Source of the DNA: Frankiales bacterium | GTDB lineage: Bacteria > Actinomycetota > Actinomycetes > JAWWOW01 | Assembly: GCA_033851265.1 (NCBI GenBank) | Contig: JAWWOW010000005.1 | Span: 224,064-288,063, forward strand | DNA: 64,000 nt | Reading direction: 5' to 3' | Part shown: piece after piece, positions 8,949-18,455 of the stretch | How positions within the stretch are numbered: position 1 is the stretch's first letter | How the letters are laid out: every line of letters begins with the position of its first letter | The notes under the pieces: model-generated | What the model was told of the DNA's origin: nothing | What the model saw: the letters and a program-made list of their open reading frames with translations, nothing else | Database searches by the model: none | Made by a program: the position numbers and the translations under genes

Positions 8949-11060
8949 TTGGTGTGGATGTCGGTGCAGACCGCTCGCGGGGCCGAGCCGGCCACGCGCG
9001 GAAATCTCCGGGGGGACATCGAAGGTCTGCGCGCGGTCGCGGTCGTGTTGGTGTTGGTCTACCACGCTGGCGTGCCGGCACTGCCTGGCGGTTTCATCGG
9101 AGTCGACGTCTTCTTCGTGATCTCCGGCTTCCTCATCACCGGCCTACTCGTCAGTGAGCTCGAACGCACGGGGACCATCTCATTGCGCGACTTCTACGCA
9201 CGACGTGCGAAGCGGCTGCTTCCCGCAGTGGCTGTGGTCTTGACTGCTGTTGCCGGCCTGACCGTGCTTTTCGTCCCAGAGATTCGGTGGCCGAGCATCG
9301 CCGGCGACATCCGGGCGAGTGCTCTCTATTTCGAAAACTGGCGGCTGGCCGACCAGGCCACCAACTATTTGGCTGCAGACACAGCGACGAGCCCGCTCCA
9401 GCATTTCTGGTCGCTGGCGGTGGAGGAGCAGTTCTACCTGTTGTGGCCGCTGCTGTTGCTGTCATTGGGTGCGTTGACGCGATGGCGTGCGGGGCGGCAT
9501 GCGCTCATGTCACGCGCCTGGCTCATGTCCGGGATGCTCGTGGTGGCGGCGCTGTCCCTCTACTGGTCCGTGCAGCTGACAGCCAGCGATCCAAGCCGCG
9601 CATTCTTCGTGACGACGACGCGGCTGTGGGAGCTCGCGCTGGGCGGCGGTCTTGCGATTGCCGCACACCATCTTGCTCGGCTGCCGAGAGGCGCGGCGGT
9701 CGTGCTCGGCTGGGCCGGGCTCGCTGCGATCGCGGCCAGCGCAGTCTGGGTGACGTCGCGTACGCCGTACCCCGGCACCGCCGCGCTGCTACCGACGCTG
9801 GGGGCGGCCGCTGTCATCGCTGCCGGGTCGAGTGCCGGCTCGACCGGTCCGGTGTTCCTGCTCGGGCGGCGGCCGATGTTGTTCGTCGGCGCCTTGTCTT
9901 ACTCCATCTACCTCTGGCACTGGCCGTTGATCGTGGTCGCGGGGATTCGCCTCGATGGTCTGTCGGTGTGGGAGGGGTCGGCGGTCGCGGCGGCCTCGGT
10001 GCTTCCGGCGTGGCTGACCTATCGGCTGGTGGAGAACCCGATCCGGCTTGCGCGGCCGCTGGTCCGGATCCCGAGCCGGGCCTTGGCACTGGGCGCTGCC
10101 TGCACCGTCGCCGCCGTGGCCGTCGGCTTCGGCCTGCAGACACAGGTGACGTCGGTGCCGGGTTCGGTCCTCGCATCGGGTAACGGCCCGGTCGGCTCGA
10201 CGTCATTCAGCAGGGTTGTGTCGGGGCCGCTCGGAGCTGAGATGTTGGCCAAGGACCCGCTAGGCGATCCGCGCGGAGCGCCGCTCGACCGGGTCGCGGC
10301 GATCGTGCCGGACCCGCTGAATGCTCGCCGTGACCTCCCCGCGGTGTACGCCCAGGGATGCCACGTCGATTTCCGGCACAGCGAAGCAAAGAGCTGTGTG
10401 TTCGGTGATCCCAGCTCCACGACAAACGTGGTGATCGTCGGCGACTCGCACGCCGCGCAGTGGATCCCTGCTTTGCAGCAGATCGCAGTGGCACGGCACT
10501 GGAAGCTCACGTCGTACACGAAATCCTCCTGCGCCTGGTCCGCCGGCCCGGCGCGGCTCAACGGGCGCGCCTATCCCTCCTGTGACGCATGGAACCGCAG
10601 CGTCGCGACAGCAATCCGTCTCGCGCATCCCACGTTGGTACTGACCTCGAGCATCGCGGCCCGGGAAAGTGAGCAGCAGACGACAGAGTTCGTGCGGGGA
10701 GTGCGAGCCGCCTGGGCGCCGCTGCTCGCCGACGGCATTCCCGTCGTCGTACTCAAGGACACACCGCATCCCGGCATCGACATCGCCGAGTGCGCCTCCG
10801 AGCACCGCACGACGCTGACCCGGTGCGCCGTACCCCGCTCCGTCGCAGCGATCGGCATCGGGGACATCCAAGAAGCCGCCGTTGCCGGCCAACGAGGCGT
10901 GCATCTCATCAGCCTGACCGACGCGATCTGTCCTACTGACGAGTGCGCGGCGGTCATCGGCAGCACCCTCGTCTACCGCGACACCAACCACGTGACCGCG
11001 ACATACATGCAGACACTCGCTCCACGGCTGGAGCAGGCGCTCCTTACTTACAGCACGTGA
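8949..11060 (+). CDS. acyltransferase family 3 (OafA/YrhL-like) with C-terminal SGNH hydrolase domain
   Basis: N-terminal acyltransferase_3 motifs (RGDIEGLRAVAVVLVLVYH, GVDVFFVISGFLIT) across about 10 TM segments. C-terminal VIVGDSHAAQW SGNH block. Confidence 0.8.
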   Translation: MVWMSVQTARGAEPATRGNLRGDIEGLRAVAVVLVLVYHAGVPALPGGFIGVDVFFVISGFLITGLLVSELERTGTISLRDFYARRAKRLLPAVAVVLTAVAGLTVLFVPEIRWPSIAGDIRASALYFENWRLADQATNYLAADTATSPLQHFWSLAVEEQFYLLWPLLLLSLGALTRWRAGRHALMSRAWLMSGMLVVAALSLYWSVQLTASDPSRAFFVTTTRLWELALGGGLAIAAHHLARLPRGAAVVLGWAGLAAIAASAVWVTSRTPYPGTAALLPTLGAAAVIAAGSSAGSTGPVFLLGRRPMLFVGALSYSIYLWHWPLIVVAGIRLDGLSVWEGSAVAAASVLPAWLTYRLVENPIRLARPLVRIPSRALALGAACTVAAVAVGFGLQTQVTSVPGSVLASGNGPVGSTSFSRVVSGPLGAEMLAKDPLGDPRGAPLDRVAAIVPDPLNARRDLPAVYAQGCHVDFRHSEAKSCVFGDPSSTTNVVIVGDSHAAQWIPALQQIAVARHWKLTSYTKSSCAWSAGPARLNGRAYPSCDAWNRSVATAIRLAHPTLVLTSSIAARESEQQTTEFVRGVRAAWAPLLADGIPVVVLKDTPHPGIDIAECASEHRTTLTRCAVPRSVAAIGIGDIQEAAVAGQRGVHLISLTDAICPTDECAAVIGSTLVYRDTNHVTATYMQTLAPRLEQALLTYST

Positions 11061-11061
11061 T

Positions 11062-11856
11062 CTAGAGGTGGGTGCCGCGCCGCCGGAGGTAGACCCCGCC
11101 ACCGGCGAATAGCGCCGCGAGCAGGACTGCTGCGAGCACGACCAATCCGGTGGACGCCCCGCCGCCGCTGTCGTTCGAGGGGGAGTCAGCGAGCCCGCCA
11201 TCGATGGTCGGGCTTGGCTCGGCCACGACACCGGGCGCCGTCGTTGTCGCGCCGGTGGGTGGAGTGGTGGCGCCGGCGGGCGGGGTGGTGGGTGCCGGGG
11301 TGCCGGAAGCCGTCGCGCTCGGCGACGTTCCATTCGTTGTCCCACCTCCCGGAGACGTGGGCGGGGACGTGTGGTGAGGCGGCGGTGTCGGTGACTTGGT
11401 GGCGGTCGGCTGGTCGTTGCGGGCGATCGTCACCGTCTTCGGTGGCCCATAGACGTAGCCCGACCCGGTGCAGCCCTGTGCGCTGCCCTGAACCAGCTCA
11501 ACCTGGAAGGTCTCCGTCCCCTCCGCCTTGCTGTCGTTGATGGTGGGGACAGTGAAGCTCTTCGACGTCTGCGACCCAGTGAATTTCACTGTTCGCATCC
11601 CGCCAGTGAAGTCCTGACCTGACGTTGCGGTGCCATTGACGGTGCGTGCGTCGACCTGCGAGTCAGCCACGTGCCCGTCGCGCTTCACCGTGACTGTGAC
11701 GTTCCCACCCTCGTTCACGGTGCTCGGCGAGGCGCTGATCGTGAACGCATGGCAGTGAGCGAACGCGGCTGGAGCGCGGACGACGATCGCCACCCCCGCG
11801 ACTGCGACGAGCAGGACCGTACGCCGTAGGCGCGAGCGGATGAGCTTCCTGGACAT
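11062..11856 (-). CDS. secreted Calx-beta domain protein with Pro/Thr-rich stalk and C-terminal TM anchor
   Basis: Signal peptide (…APAAFA). Calx-beta-like block (VTVKRDG…TATSGQDFTGG…ETFQVEL). PT-rich linker. C-terminal GGGASTGLVVLAAVLLAALFAGGGVYLRRRG. Confidence 0.6.
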   Translation of the reverse strand: MSRKLIRSRLRRTVLLVAVAGVAIVVRAPAAFAHCHAFTISASPSTVNEGGNVTVTVKRDGHVADSQVDARTVNGTATSGQDFTGGMRTVKFTGSQTSKSFTVPTINDSKAEGTETFQVELVQGSAQGCTGSGYVYGPPKTVTIARNDQPTATKSPTPPPHHTSPPTSPGGGTTNGTSPSATASGTPAPTTPPAGATTPPTGATTTAPGVVAEPSPTIDGGLADSPSNDSGGGASTGLVVLAAVLLAALFAGGGVYLRRRGTHL

Positions 11857-11889
11857 GCCGAACCTCCGCGCGCGTCCCCGATGGGCCTG

Positions 11890-12017
11890 TCGTTATCCAC
11901 ACGGCCCCGGACTGGGCGGGGTTCAAAGGTCGCCGAGAGTGGCCGCGCGCGTACGCCGTCGCTGCTGTCGGTTCCTGTGTGGTGGCTGGTGCGCGAGCGG
12001 CGAATCGTTATACACAG
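11890..12017. promoter_or_regulatory. repeated motif TCGTTATCCACAC (11890-11902) / TCGTTATACACAG (12005-12017) in the divergent region between the Calx-beta gene and cpaF
   Basis: Read directly. Two near-identical 13-mers about 115 bp apart in a 218-bp divergent intergenic region. Confidence 0.3.
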
Positions 12018-12074
12018 ACTCGATTCGCGGGCTAGGCGGCCCTGCCCTGACTCACTAATGTCGGCGCCCTTCCC

Positions 12075-13322
12075 TTGGTCCACCGTGGGGGACGCATGCC
12101 TGGACTCGGGGTTGTCGAGGACGAGGTCCGTGAGCTCGTCCGGCGTCGCGGCCTTGACCCCGACGTCGACGGCGGGGCGATCCGCCGGCTCATCGACGAG
12201 GTGCTCGCCGACTACGACGAGCGGACGCTGACCAGTTCGTTGCCCCCGCTGGTCGACCCGGCGACGACGGCACAGTCGGTGTACGACGCGGTCGCCGGCT
12301 ACGGACCCCTGCAGCGCTTCCTCGACGATCCGCAGGTCGAAGAGGTCTGGATCAATGAGCCCGGCAGAGTGTTCATCGCACGCGCCGGGCGCTCGGAGCT
12401 GACCACGACCATCCTGACCAGCGCGCAGGTCCGCGACCTCGTCGAGCGGATGCTGAAGAGCTCGGGGCGTCGCGTGGATCTGTCGACGCCGTTCGTCGAC
12501 GCGATGCTCCCCGACGGGTCGCGCTTGCACGTCGTGATCCCCGACATCACGCGCCGACATTGGGCGGTCAACATCCGCAAGTTCGTCCTGCGTGCCAATT
12601 CCTTGGACGAGCTCGTCGAGTTGGGAACGCTCTCGACGCAGGCAGCGCGATTCCTCGAAGCGGCAGTGGCGGCCGGGCTCAACATCTTGGTGGCAGGCGG
12701 CACGCAAGCCGGGAAGACGACCCTGTTGAGTTGCCTGGCTGCGGCGATCCCGGCCCGCGAGCGGGTGATCACGGCGGAGGAAGTCTTCGAGCTGAAGATC
12801 CCGCTTCCGGATGTCGTCTCTTTGCAGACCCGGCAGCCCAATCTCGAAGGTACGGGCGACATCCCGTTGCGTCGCTTGGTCAAGGAAGCGCTCCGCATGC
12901 GACCGAGCCGCATGATTGTCGGCGAGGTCCGTCAGGAGGAATGCCTGGATCTGCTCATCGCGCTCAATAGTGGGCTGCCAGGGATGTGCACGATCCACGC
13001 CAACTCCGCGCGCGAGGCGGTTACCAAGATGTGCACACTTCCACTGCTCGCGGGCGAGAACGTCAGCCACAACTTCGTCGTACCGACCGTTGCGTCGTCC
13101 ATCGACCTCGTCGTGCATATCCGCACGGATGCCGACGGGCATCGACGCGTTACCGAAATCGTGTCCGTCCCGGGCCGGGCCGAGGCGGACGTCGTCGAGA
13201 CGGCCGACGTCTTCACCACGAGGGACGGCTGCCTCGTCCGGGCCGACGGGTTCCCACCCCACCGGGACCGGTTCGACCGCATCGGTTGTGATTTGCCGTC
13301 ACTGTTGGCGCACGGGCGCTGA
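12075..13322 (+). CDS. cpaF: Tad/Flp pilus assembly ATPase CpaF/TadA
   Basis: Type II/IV secretion NTPase: Walker A VAGGTQAGKTTLL, conserved His/Asp boxes. Start may be the internal ATG at 12096. Confidence 0.85.
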   Translation: MVHRGGRMPGLGVVEDEVRELVRRRGLDPDVDGGAIRRLIDEVLADYDERTLTSSLPPLVDPATTAQSVYDAVAGYGPLQRFLDDPQVEEVWINEPGRVFIARAGRSELTTTILTSAQVRDLVERMLKSSGRRVDLSTPFVDAMLPDGSRLHVVIPDITRRHWAVNIRKFVLRANSLDELVELGTLSTQAARFLEAAVAAGLNILVAGGTQAGKTTLLSCLAAAIPARERVITAEEVFELKIPLPDVVSLQTRQPNLEGTGDIPLRRLVKEALRMRPSRMIVGEVRQEECLDLLIALNSGLPGMCTIHANSAREAVTKMCTLPLLAGENVSHNFVVPTVASSIDLVVHIRTDADGHRRVTEIVSVPGRAEADVVETADVFTTRDGCLVRADGFPPHRDRFDRIGCDLPSLLAHGR

Positions 13323-13323
13323 G

Positions 13324-14181
13324 ATGGGCACGTTCGTCGGCCTGCTGTTCGGGATCGGTGTGCTGCTGATCTGGCAGGCCCTCAGCCCGTCGCGACCCGA
13401 ACGCCGACGCCGTACGGCGCTTGCCGAACGAACTCAGGAGGCATTGACGCAGGCGGGTATCGAGTCGGTCAGCCCCGGACAGCTCGTTGGCCTCTCGGCC
13501 GGCCTCTGCTGCGTGGCATTTCTCGGCGGTGTCGTGGTGTCTGGCTCGCCAACGATTGCTCTCGCGTTTGCCGTGTTTGCCGCGATGGCGCCGTTCAGCC
13601 TGGTGCGTTACCGGCAACGACGGCGGACCGTCGAGCTGCGTGAGCTATGGCCGGAGGTGGTCGACAACGTTGGATCGGCTGTGCGCGCAGGGATGTCACT
13701 GCCCGAAGCTCTCGCCGAGGTCGGAGTCCGCGGCCCGGAAACGTTGCGGCGCCCGTTCCAGCGATTCGCGGCGGACTACCGGGCCAACGGTCGGTTCGAT
13801 GACTGCGTCAACCGGTTGAAAGTCGCCCTCGCCGATCCCGTAGGCGACCGCATGATTGAGTCGCTGCGCGTCGCCCGCGACGTCGGCGGCACAGATCTCG
13901 GTCGGCTGCTGCGCACGTTGTCCACGTTCCTGCGCGAGGACGCCCGAACCCGCGCCGAGCTCGAGACACGTCAAGGCTGGACGGTCAACGCGGCACGCCT
14001 TGCGTTGGCTGCGCCGTGGCTGATGCTCGCGTTGCTCGCCCTGAACGGTGAGGCGGCAGCGGCGTACAACACGGCAGCGGGCGCCTTCATCCTGTTGCTC
14101 GGTGGAGGTGTGTCGTTCGCGGCGTACCGCATCATGCTGCGAATCGGTCGGCTGCCGCAGGAACGTCGGGTGCTCCGATGA
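13324..14181 (+). CDS. tadB: Tad pilus assembly membrane protein TadB
   Basis: Multi-TM T2SS_F-like protein directly after cpaF. ATG at 13324 sits 1 nt after the cpaF stop. The upstream part of ORF 12916..14181 overlaps cpaF and is rejected. Confidence 0.7.
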   Translation: MGTFVGLLFGIGVLLIWQALSPSRPERRRRTALAERTQEALTQAGIESVSPGQLVGLSAGLCCVAFLGGVVVSGSPTIALAFAVFAAMAPFSLVRYRQRRRTVELRELWPEVVDNVGSAVRAGMSLPEALAEVGVRGPETLRRPFQRFAADYRANGRFDDCVNRLKVALADPVGDRMIESLRVARDVGGTDLGRLLRTLSTFLREDARTRAELETRQGWTVNAARLALAAPWLMLALLALNGEAAAAYNTAAGAFILLLGGGVSFAAYRIMLRIGRLPQERRVLR

Positions 14182-15119
14182 GCGCTGCTGTTGGTGCCGG
14201 GTTGGGTCTGCTCGCTGGTGGCGGCCTGGTCACGGCTGTCGCCGCCGCGCCTCCGCTACGGCGTCGGCACCGGCTTGATGTACGACTCGCGCCCTACCTC
14301 CGTGACGCCCCGCGCCCGTCGCGGTTGTTGGCGCAGACGCGAGCGCGTACCCCGTTCTCCACCATCGAGCGTCTGCTGGGTCCGCTCCTTGCGGATGCAG
14401 TGTCACGGCTCGACCGGATTCTCGGCGGGACCGGGCCGGTGCGCCGTCGCCTCGAGCAGGCCGGCCGCGGCATGACTGTCGAGGAATTTCGCGCCGAACA
14501 GGTGGTGTGGGGCGCGCTGGGCGGAGCGGCCGGGATCACATTCGGGTTGTTGGTCGGTGTGCGACACGGCGCCGCTGGAGCTGTACCAGTGCTGGCAGCG
14601 GTCATCGCCGGCGTCCTCGGTGGCGTGCTGGCTCGTGACCGGTGGTTGACGCAAGAGGTTCGTGAGCGCGAACAACGGATGATTGCCGAGTTTCCGACGA
14701 TCGCGGAGCTACTCGCACTTGCAGTGACGGCCGGAGAAGGGCCGCTGGGTGCGCTCGACCGCGTGACACGCATCAGTGGCGGCGAGCTTGCGCGCGAACT
14801 GCGGCGGGCATTGGACGATGTCCGCGCCGGCGCCAGTTTGACGCAGGCATTAGACGCCGTCTCGGCGCGTGCATCGTTGCCCATGTTGGCCCGCTTCGTC
14901 GACGGCATTGTCATTGCGGTCGAGCGCGGTACGCCGCTCGCCGATGTGCTGCGTGCGCAAGCCGTCGACGTTCGTGAGGCCGGCAAACGCGCACTGCTGG
15001 AAGCCGGCGGTCGCAAAGAAATCGCAATGATGGTGCCGGTGGTGTTTCTCATCTTGCCGGTCACCGTGCTCTTCGCATTGTTCCCGGGTTACTACGGCTT
15101 GACGTTCACAACCCCCTGA
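14178..15119 (+). CDS. tadC: Tad pilus assembly membrane protein TadC
   Basis: T2SS_F-like membrane protein. ATGA start/stop overlap with tadB. Confidence 0.7.
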   Translation: MSAAVGAGLGLLAGGGLVTAVAAAPPLRRRHRLDVRLAPYLRDAPRPSRLLAQTRARTPFSTIERLLGPLLADAVSRLDRILGGTGPVRRRLEQAGRGMTVEEFRAEQVVWGALGGAAGITFGLLVGVRHGAAGAVPVLAAVIAGVLGGVLARDRWLTQEVREREQRMIAEFPTIAELLALAVTAGEGPLGALDRVTRISGGELARELRRALDDVRAGASLTQALDAVSARASLPMLARFVDGIVIAVERGTPLADVLRAQAVDVREAGKRALLEAGGRKEIAMMVPVVFLILPVTVLFALFPGYYGLTFTTP

Positions 15120-15131
15120 TTGGAGGACACC

Positions 15132-15320
15132 ATGCTCACCCTGCTCCAGCAACGCATGATGCAGATCCTCGAACACCCCGAACGCGGTGACGTGCCTGGC
15201 TGGGTACTCGTCACCATGATGTCCGCGATGATCGTCGTAGTGCTGATCGGCGTCGCGACCCCGCTGTTGAGTGACCTGTTCACCAACGCGGTCAACTCGG
15301 TGCGGGACGCGTCGCCCTGA
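15132..15320 (+). CDS. small Flp/DUF4244-like membrane protein (putative pilin)
   Basis: 62 aa, …ERGDVPGWVLVTMMSAMIVVVLIGVA… hydrophobic helix after an RG motif. GGAGGA Shine-Dalgarno (the TTGGAGGACACC preceding the ATG). The canonical Flp G/xxxxEY motif is not conserved. Confidence 0.45.
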   Translation: MLTLLQQRMMQILEHPERGDVPGWVLVTMMSAMIVVVLIGVATPLLSDLFTNAVNSVRDASP

Positions 15321-15694
15321 GATCCGAACGGGGATCGGCTCCGGTCGAGTTCGTCCTCGTCGCCGGCCTGCTGCTGACACCGCTGTTTCTTGCGGTGGTC
15401 CAGCTCGGGCTAGGACTGCACGTCCGTAACACACTCGTCGCATGTGCAAGCGAGGGCGCACGGTACGCCGCCAACGCCGACCGAACACCCGACGATGGCG
15501 TGGCCCGAACCCGTCAGTGCATTCGCGCCAGCCTTCGGGCGTCGTACGCCGAGTCCGTGACCGCGGTCGTTCTGGACATCGATGGCACTCCCACCGTGGA
15601 GGTCACCATCCGGGCACCGTTGCCTGTCGTCGCCTATGTCGGTCCGAGTGAGGCACTCGTCGTACACGGTCACGCGCTACAGGAGGGTCGATGA
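15317..15694 (+). CDS. TadE-like pilus assembly protein (probable CTG start overlapping the upstream stop)
   Basis: N-terminus RSERGSAPVEFVLVAGLLLTPLFLAVVQLG is a textbook TadE N-terminal motif. The only in-frame start upstream of it is CTG (CTGA overlap with the pilin-like gene stop). The ORF track starts at an internal GTG (15395). Confidence 0.55.
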   Translation: MRSERGSAPVEFVLVAGLLLTPLFLAVVQLGLGLHVRNTLVACASEGARYAANADRTPDDGVARTRQCIRASLRASYAESVTAVVLDIDGTPTVEVTIRAPLPVVAYVGPSEALVVHGHALQEGR

Positions 15695-16170
15695 CCAGGT
15701 TGCGGTCGTGGCGCCCGCGTGGCGACGACGGCAACGCGATGATCGAGTTCGCCTACCTCGGTGTGCTGCTGCTCGTCCCGCTCGTCTATGTGCTGCTTAC
15801 GGCGTTGCAAGTCCAGCGCTCGGCGTACGCCGTAACCGCGGCGACGAGAGAAGCCGGCCGGGTGTTCGTCGCACATGGTGCCAATGAGGCGGCCTACGAC
15901 GACGCCTTTGCGGCCGCCCGCATCGCCATGCGCGACCAAGGTCTCGATCTGGAGCCGGGACAGCTCGTCATCACCTGTCAGTTCAGCAACTGCGCGACGG
16001 CTGGCGCAACCGTGCACGTGCGGATCGACCGTTCCGTACCGCTGCCGTTAGTGCCTGCGTTTGGGCAGTCGTCGCCGAGCATCGCGGTACACGGGCGGCA
16101 CGACGCGGTCGTCGACTGTTTCGCCGAAGGCGTTGCAGTGGCGCCACCAGGGACAACCTCATGCGGCTGA
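15691..16170 (+). CDS. TadE/TadG-like pilus assembly protein
   Basis: N-terminal NAMIEFAYLGVLLLVPLVYVLLTALQV TadE-like helix. ATGA overlap with the preceding gene. Confidence 0.6.
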   Translation: MTRLRSWRPRGDDGNAMIEFAYLGVLLLVPLVYVLLTALQVQRSAYAVTAATREAGRVFVAHGANEAAYDDAFAAARIAMRDQGLDLEPGQLVITCQFSNCATAGATVHVRIDRSVPLPLVPAFGQSSPSIAVHGRHDAVVDCFAEGVAVAPPGTTSCG

Positions 16171-16610
16171 GACGTCGCGATGACGCGGGGCAACTGGTGC
16201 TGCTTGTCATCTTCTACGGGTTGATTGCCGCGATGTTGGTGATGGTCGTGATCGACGGCTCGAAGGTGTTCCTCGCGCGTCGGTCGTTAGCAGCGGCTGC
16301 TGACGGTGCCGCGCTCGCCGCAGCGCAGTCCATCGACCGAGCCGCGTTCTACCGCAACGGGCCCGGCAGCGAACTGCAACTCGACGTGGTCGCCGCCGAA
16401 GATGCCGTGCGTCGTTACGTCGAACAGAACGGCTTGGCGCGCCGCTTTATGGCGTTCTCCTTCGACGCACCGCGGCTCTCACCCGACGGACGCACCGTCA
16501 CGGTCCGACTGCACTGCCAGGTGCCGCTGCCACTGCCCGGCATCGTGACCGGTGGTCAACGCACGAGCTCGCTGGACGCCCAGGCGAGCGCGCAGGCGGC
16601 AACGAGCTAG
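16161..16610 (+). CDS. TadG-like (Tad_N) pilus assembly protein
   Basis: N-terminal DDAGQLVLLVIFYGLIAAMLVMVVIDGSKVFLARRSL, typical of TadG/Tad_N. Confidence 0.6.
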   Translation: MRLRRRDDAGQLVLLVIFYGLIAAMLVMVVIDGSKVFLARRSLAAAADGAALAAAQSIDRAAFYRNGPGSELQLDVVAAEDAVRRYVEQNGLARRFMAFSFDAPRLSPDGRTVTVRLHCQVPLPLPGIVTGGQRTSSLDAQASAQAATS

Positions 16611-16619
16611 ACCCACGAC

Positions 16620-17405
16620 CTACTTGGCCGACCCGAACAGGCGGTCGGCGATGACCTGCGGGCTGTGCGCGAGCAGCGACTGGAGCCGCGCTCGTCGTGG
16701 CAGGACGACCTTCGGTTTGTCGCGACGTACGGCGTGGACAACGGCGTCGGCTACTTCGTCGGGCTTGAGCTCGCGCAGGAATCCCAGCCGAGTTGCGCGA
16801 TCAAAAGCAGCAGCCGCCGGTGGGTAGTCGCGGAGCGTGGTGTACATGTCGGTGGTTGCTTGGCCGATCTCGGCCAGGGTTGTGCCGATGCCGGCACCCC
16901 GCAGCTCACGGCGGACACCCATGACCAGTTGTGAGAGCGCTGCCTTGCTCGCGGCGTACGACGCGAGTCCCGGCATGGCCACCTGCGCGGACAATGACGA
17001 GATCGCGACGATGTGGCCGCTACGTCGCGCCGTCATCGACGGTTGTGCTTGTCGGATGAGCTCGGCCGGCGCGGCAAGGTTCACCTGCCACAGCTGCTGC
17101 AGGTCATCCGACGAAAGGTCGGCGTAGGGCCCGTTGACGTCGATACCAGCGTTCAACACGAGGACATCGATGGGACGTCCGGCCTGCTTCTCCGCTCGGT
17201 CCAGCAGGGTGGTGACTTGCACGCGGTCGGTGAGGTCGGCGACGAGTGCGCGACCGCCGACATCAGCCGCGGCCTTTTCGAGTGTGGCCTCGTCTCGCGC
17301 GACCAGCGTGAGGTCGGCACCGGCTCGTGCGAAGGCCTGCGCCATCGACAGTCCGAGACCGCGCGAGCCTCCGGTGATGAGGACATGCACCCCGTTCAGT
17401 TCCAT
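16620..17405 (-). CDS. SDR family oxidoreductase
   Basis: TGGSRGLG NAD(P)-binding motif plus a YxxxK-type catalytic region. 261 aa. Confidence 0.8.
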   Translation of the reverse strand: MELNGVHVLITGGSRGLGLSMAQAFARAGADLTLVARDEATLEKAAADVGGRALVADLTDRVQVTTLLDRAEKQAGRPIDVLVLNAGIDVNGPYADLSSDDLQQLWQVNLAAPAELIRQAQPSMTARRSGHIVAISSLSAQVAMPGLASYAASKAALSQLVMGVRRELRGAGIGTTLAEIGQATTDMYTTLRDYPPAAAAFDRATRLGFLRELKPDEVADAVVHAVRRDKPKVVLPRRARLQSLLAHSPQVIADRLFGSAK

Positions 17406-17456
17406 GGCCCGCTCCCAAATCGTCCGACGGTCGGCAACTTACGCTGCCGCCGGTCG

Positions 17457-18371
17457 TCACTGGCCGGGGCTGGTCCCGTCGTCGCACAGCTCCGCCGGTG
17501 CCATCTCCGGTCCGGTCGCGATCTCGCGTGACTTCGCGGTGGCCAAGATCGAGCCGAGCAACACGAGCGGCGTTCCCACTGCAAGGCCCAGGGTGAGATC
17601 TTCGTTGAGGAGCACAACGCCGAGGGCGATCGCCACGACCGGGTTGACGTAGGTGATGACGACAGCTCGCGTCGGTCCGACCTCGGCAATGAGGGCGAAG
17701 AAGACAAGGAACGCCGCCGCCGTACACACGACGCTCAACCCGATGATTGACCAGCCCGCCTTCGCGGAGATGTGCGACGGCCAATGCGTGAGCCCGTACG
17801 GCGCGTAGGCCACTGCGGTGAGCGCCAACGACACGATGACGACGCCGATGCTGGGCAGGTGTGCCAGCCGCCGGACGATGATGAGCGGTCCGGTGGCATA
17901 ACACACAGCGACAACGACCACCTCGCCAACCGCACCGAGGTCACCGCTGACGTCAACACCGACGAGAGTCACCACGCCGGCGAATCCGAGCAGCAGACCG
18001 AGCAACCGTCGTACGTCGAGTCGGTCCCCTTCACGTAGCAGATAGCTGAGCGCGGCACCGGCCAGCGGCGTCGCGCCGAGCATGAGTCCCGTCAGTGAGC
18101 TCGGCAGCTTCTGCTCCGCGTCGGCGAGGAGCAGCCACGGCAGGGCGACTTCGATGGCTGTGTAGAGAGCGAGCGGTCGCCAGTAGGGCAACAAACCGCG
18201 AAGGGCGCCGCGGTAGATCGCCCACGGGAGCAACAGCAGGACGGCCGGTGTGCAGCGCGCAAAGACCAGCGTGCCGGGAGAGAAGTCGCGGACGGCCACT
18301 CGGATGAGCAAGTACGGGACGCCCCAGATCACGCACATCAGCGCGAACAGCAACCACCCGCGCCGCGACAT
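17457..18371 (-). CDS. EamA/DMT family transporter
   Basis: 10-TM profile, duplicated EamA halves. 304 aa. Confidence 0.8.
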   Translation of the reverse strand: MSRRGWLLFALMCVIWGVPYLLIRVAVRDFSPGTLVFARCTPAVLLLLPWAIYRGALRGLLPYWRPLALYTAIEVALPWLLLADAEQKLPSSLTGLMLGATPLAGAALSYLLREGDRLDVRRLLGLLLGFAGVVTLVGVDVSGDLGAVGEVVVVAVCYATGPLIIVRRLAHLPSIGVVIVSLALTAVAYAPYGLTHWPSHISAKAGWSIIGLSVVCTAAAFLVFFALIAEVGPTRAVVITYVNPVVAIALGVVLLNEDLTLGLAVGTPLVLLGSILATAKSREIATGPEMAPAELCDDGTSPGQ

Positions 18372-18455
18372 AGGACCTTCAGCCTGTCAAACCCCGGCAC
18401 TGAGGTCGCGTGAATTAGGCGGCCGGCCGACCCCCCCATCGACCGGCCGCTCGCA

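Noticed and set aside
11715-13262. 515-aa ORF on the minus strand
   Set aside because: It lies fully antisense to the cpaF/tadA ATPase gene. It is Arg/Asp-rich and low-complexity, typical of high-GC shadow ORFs.
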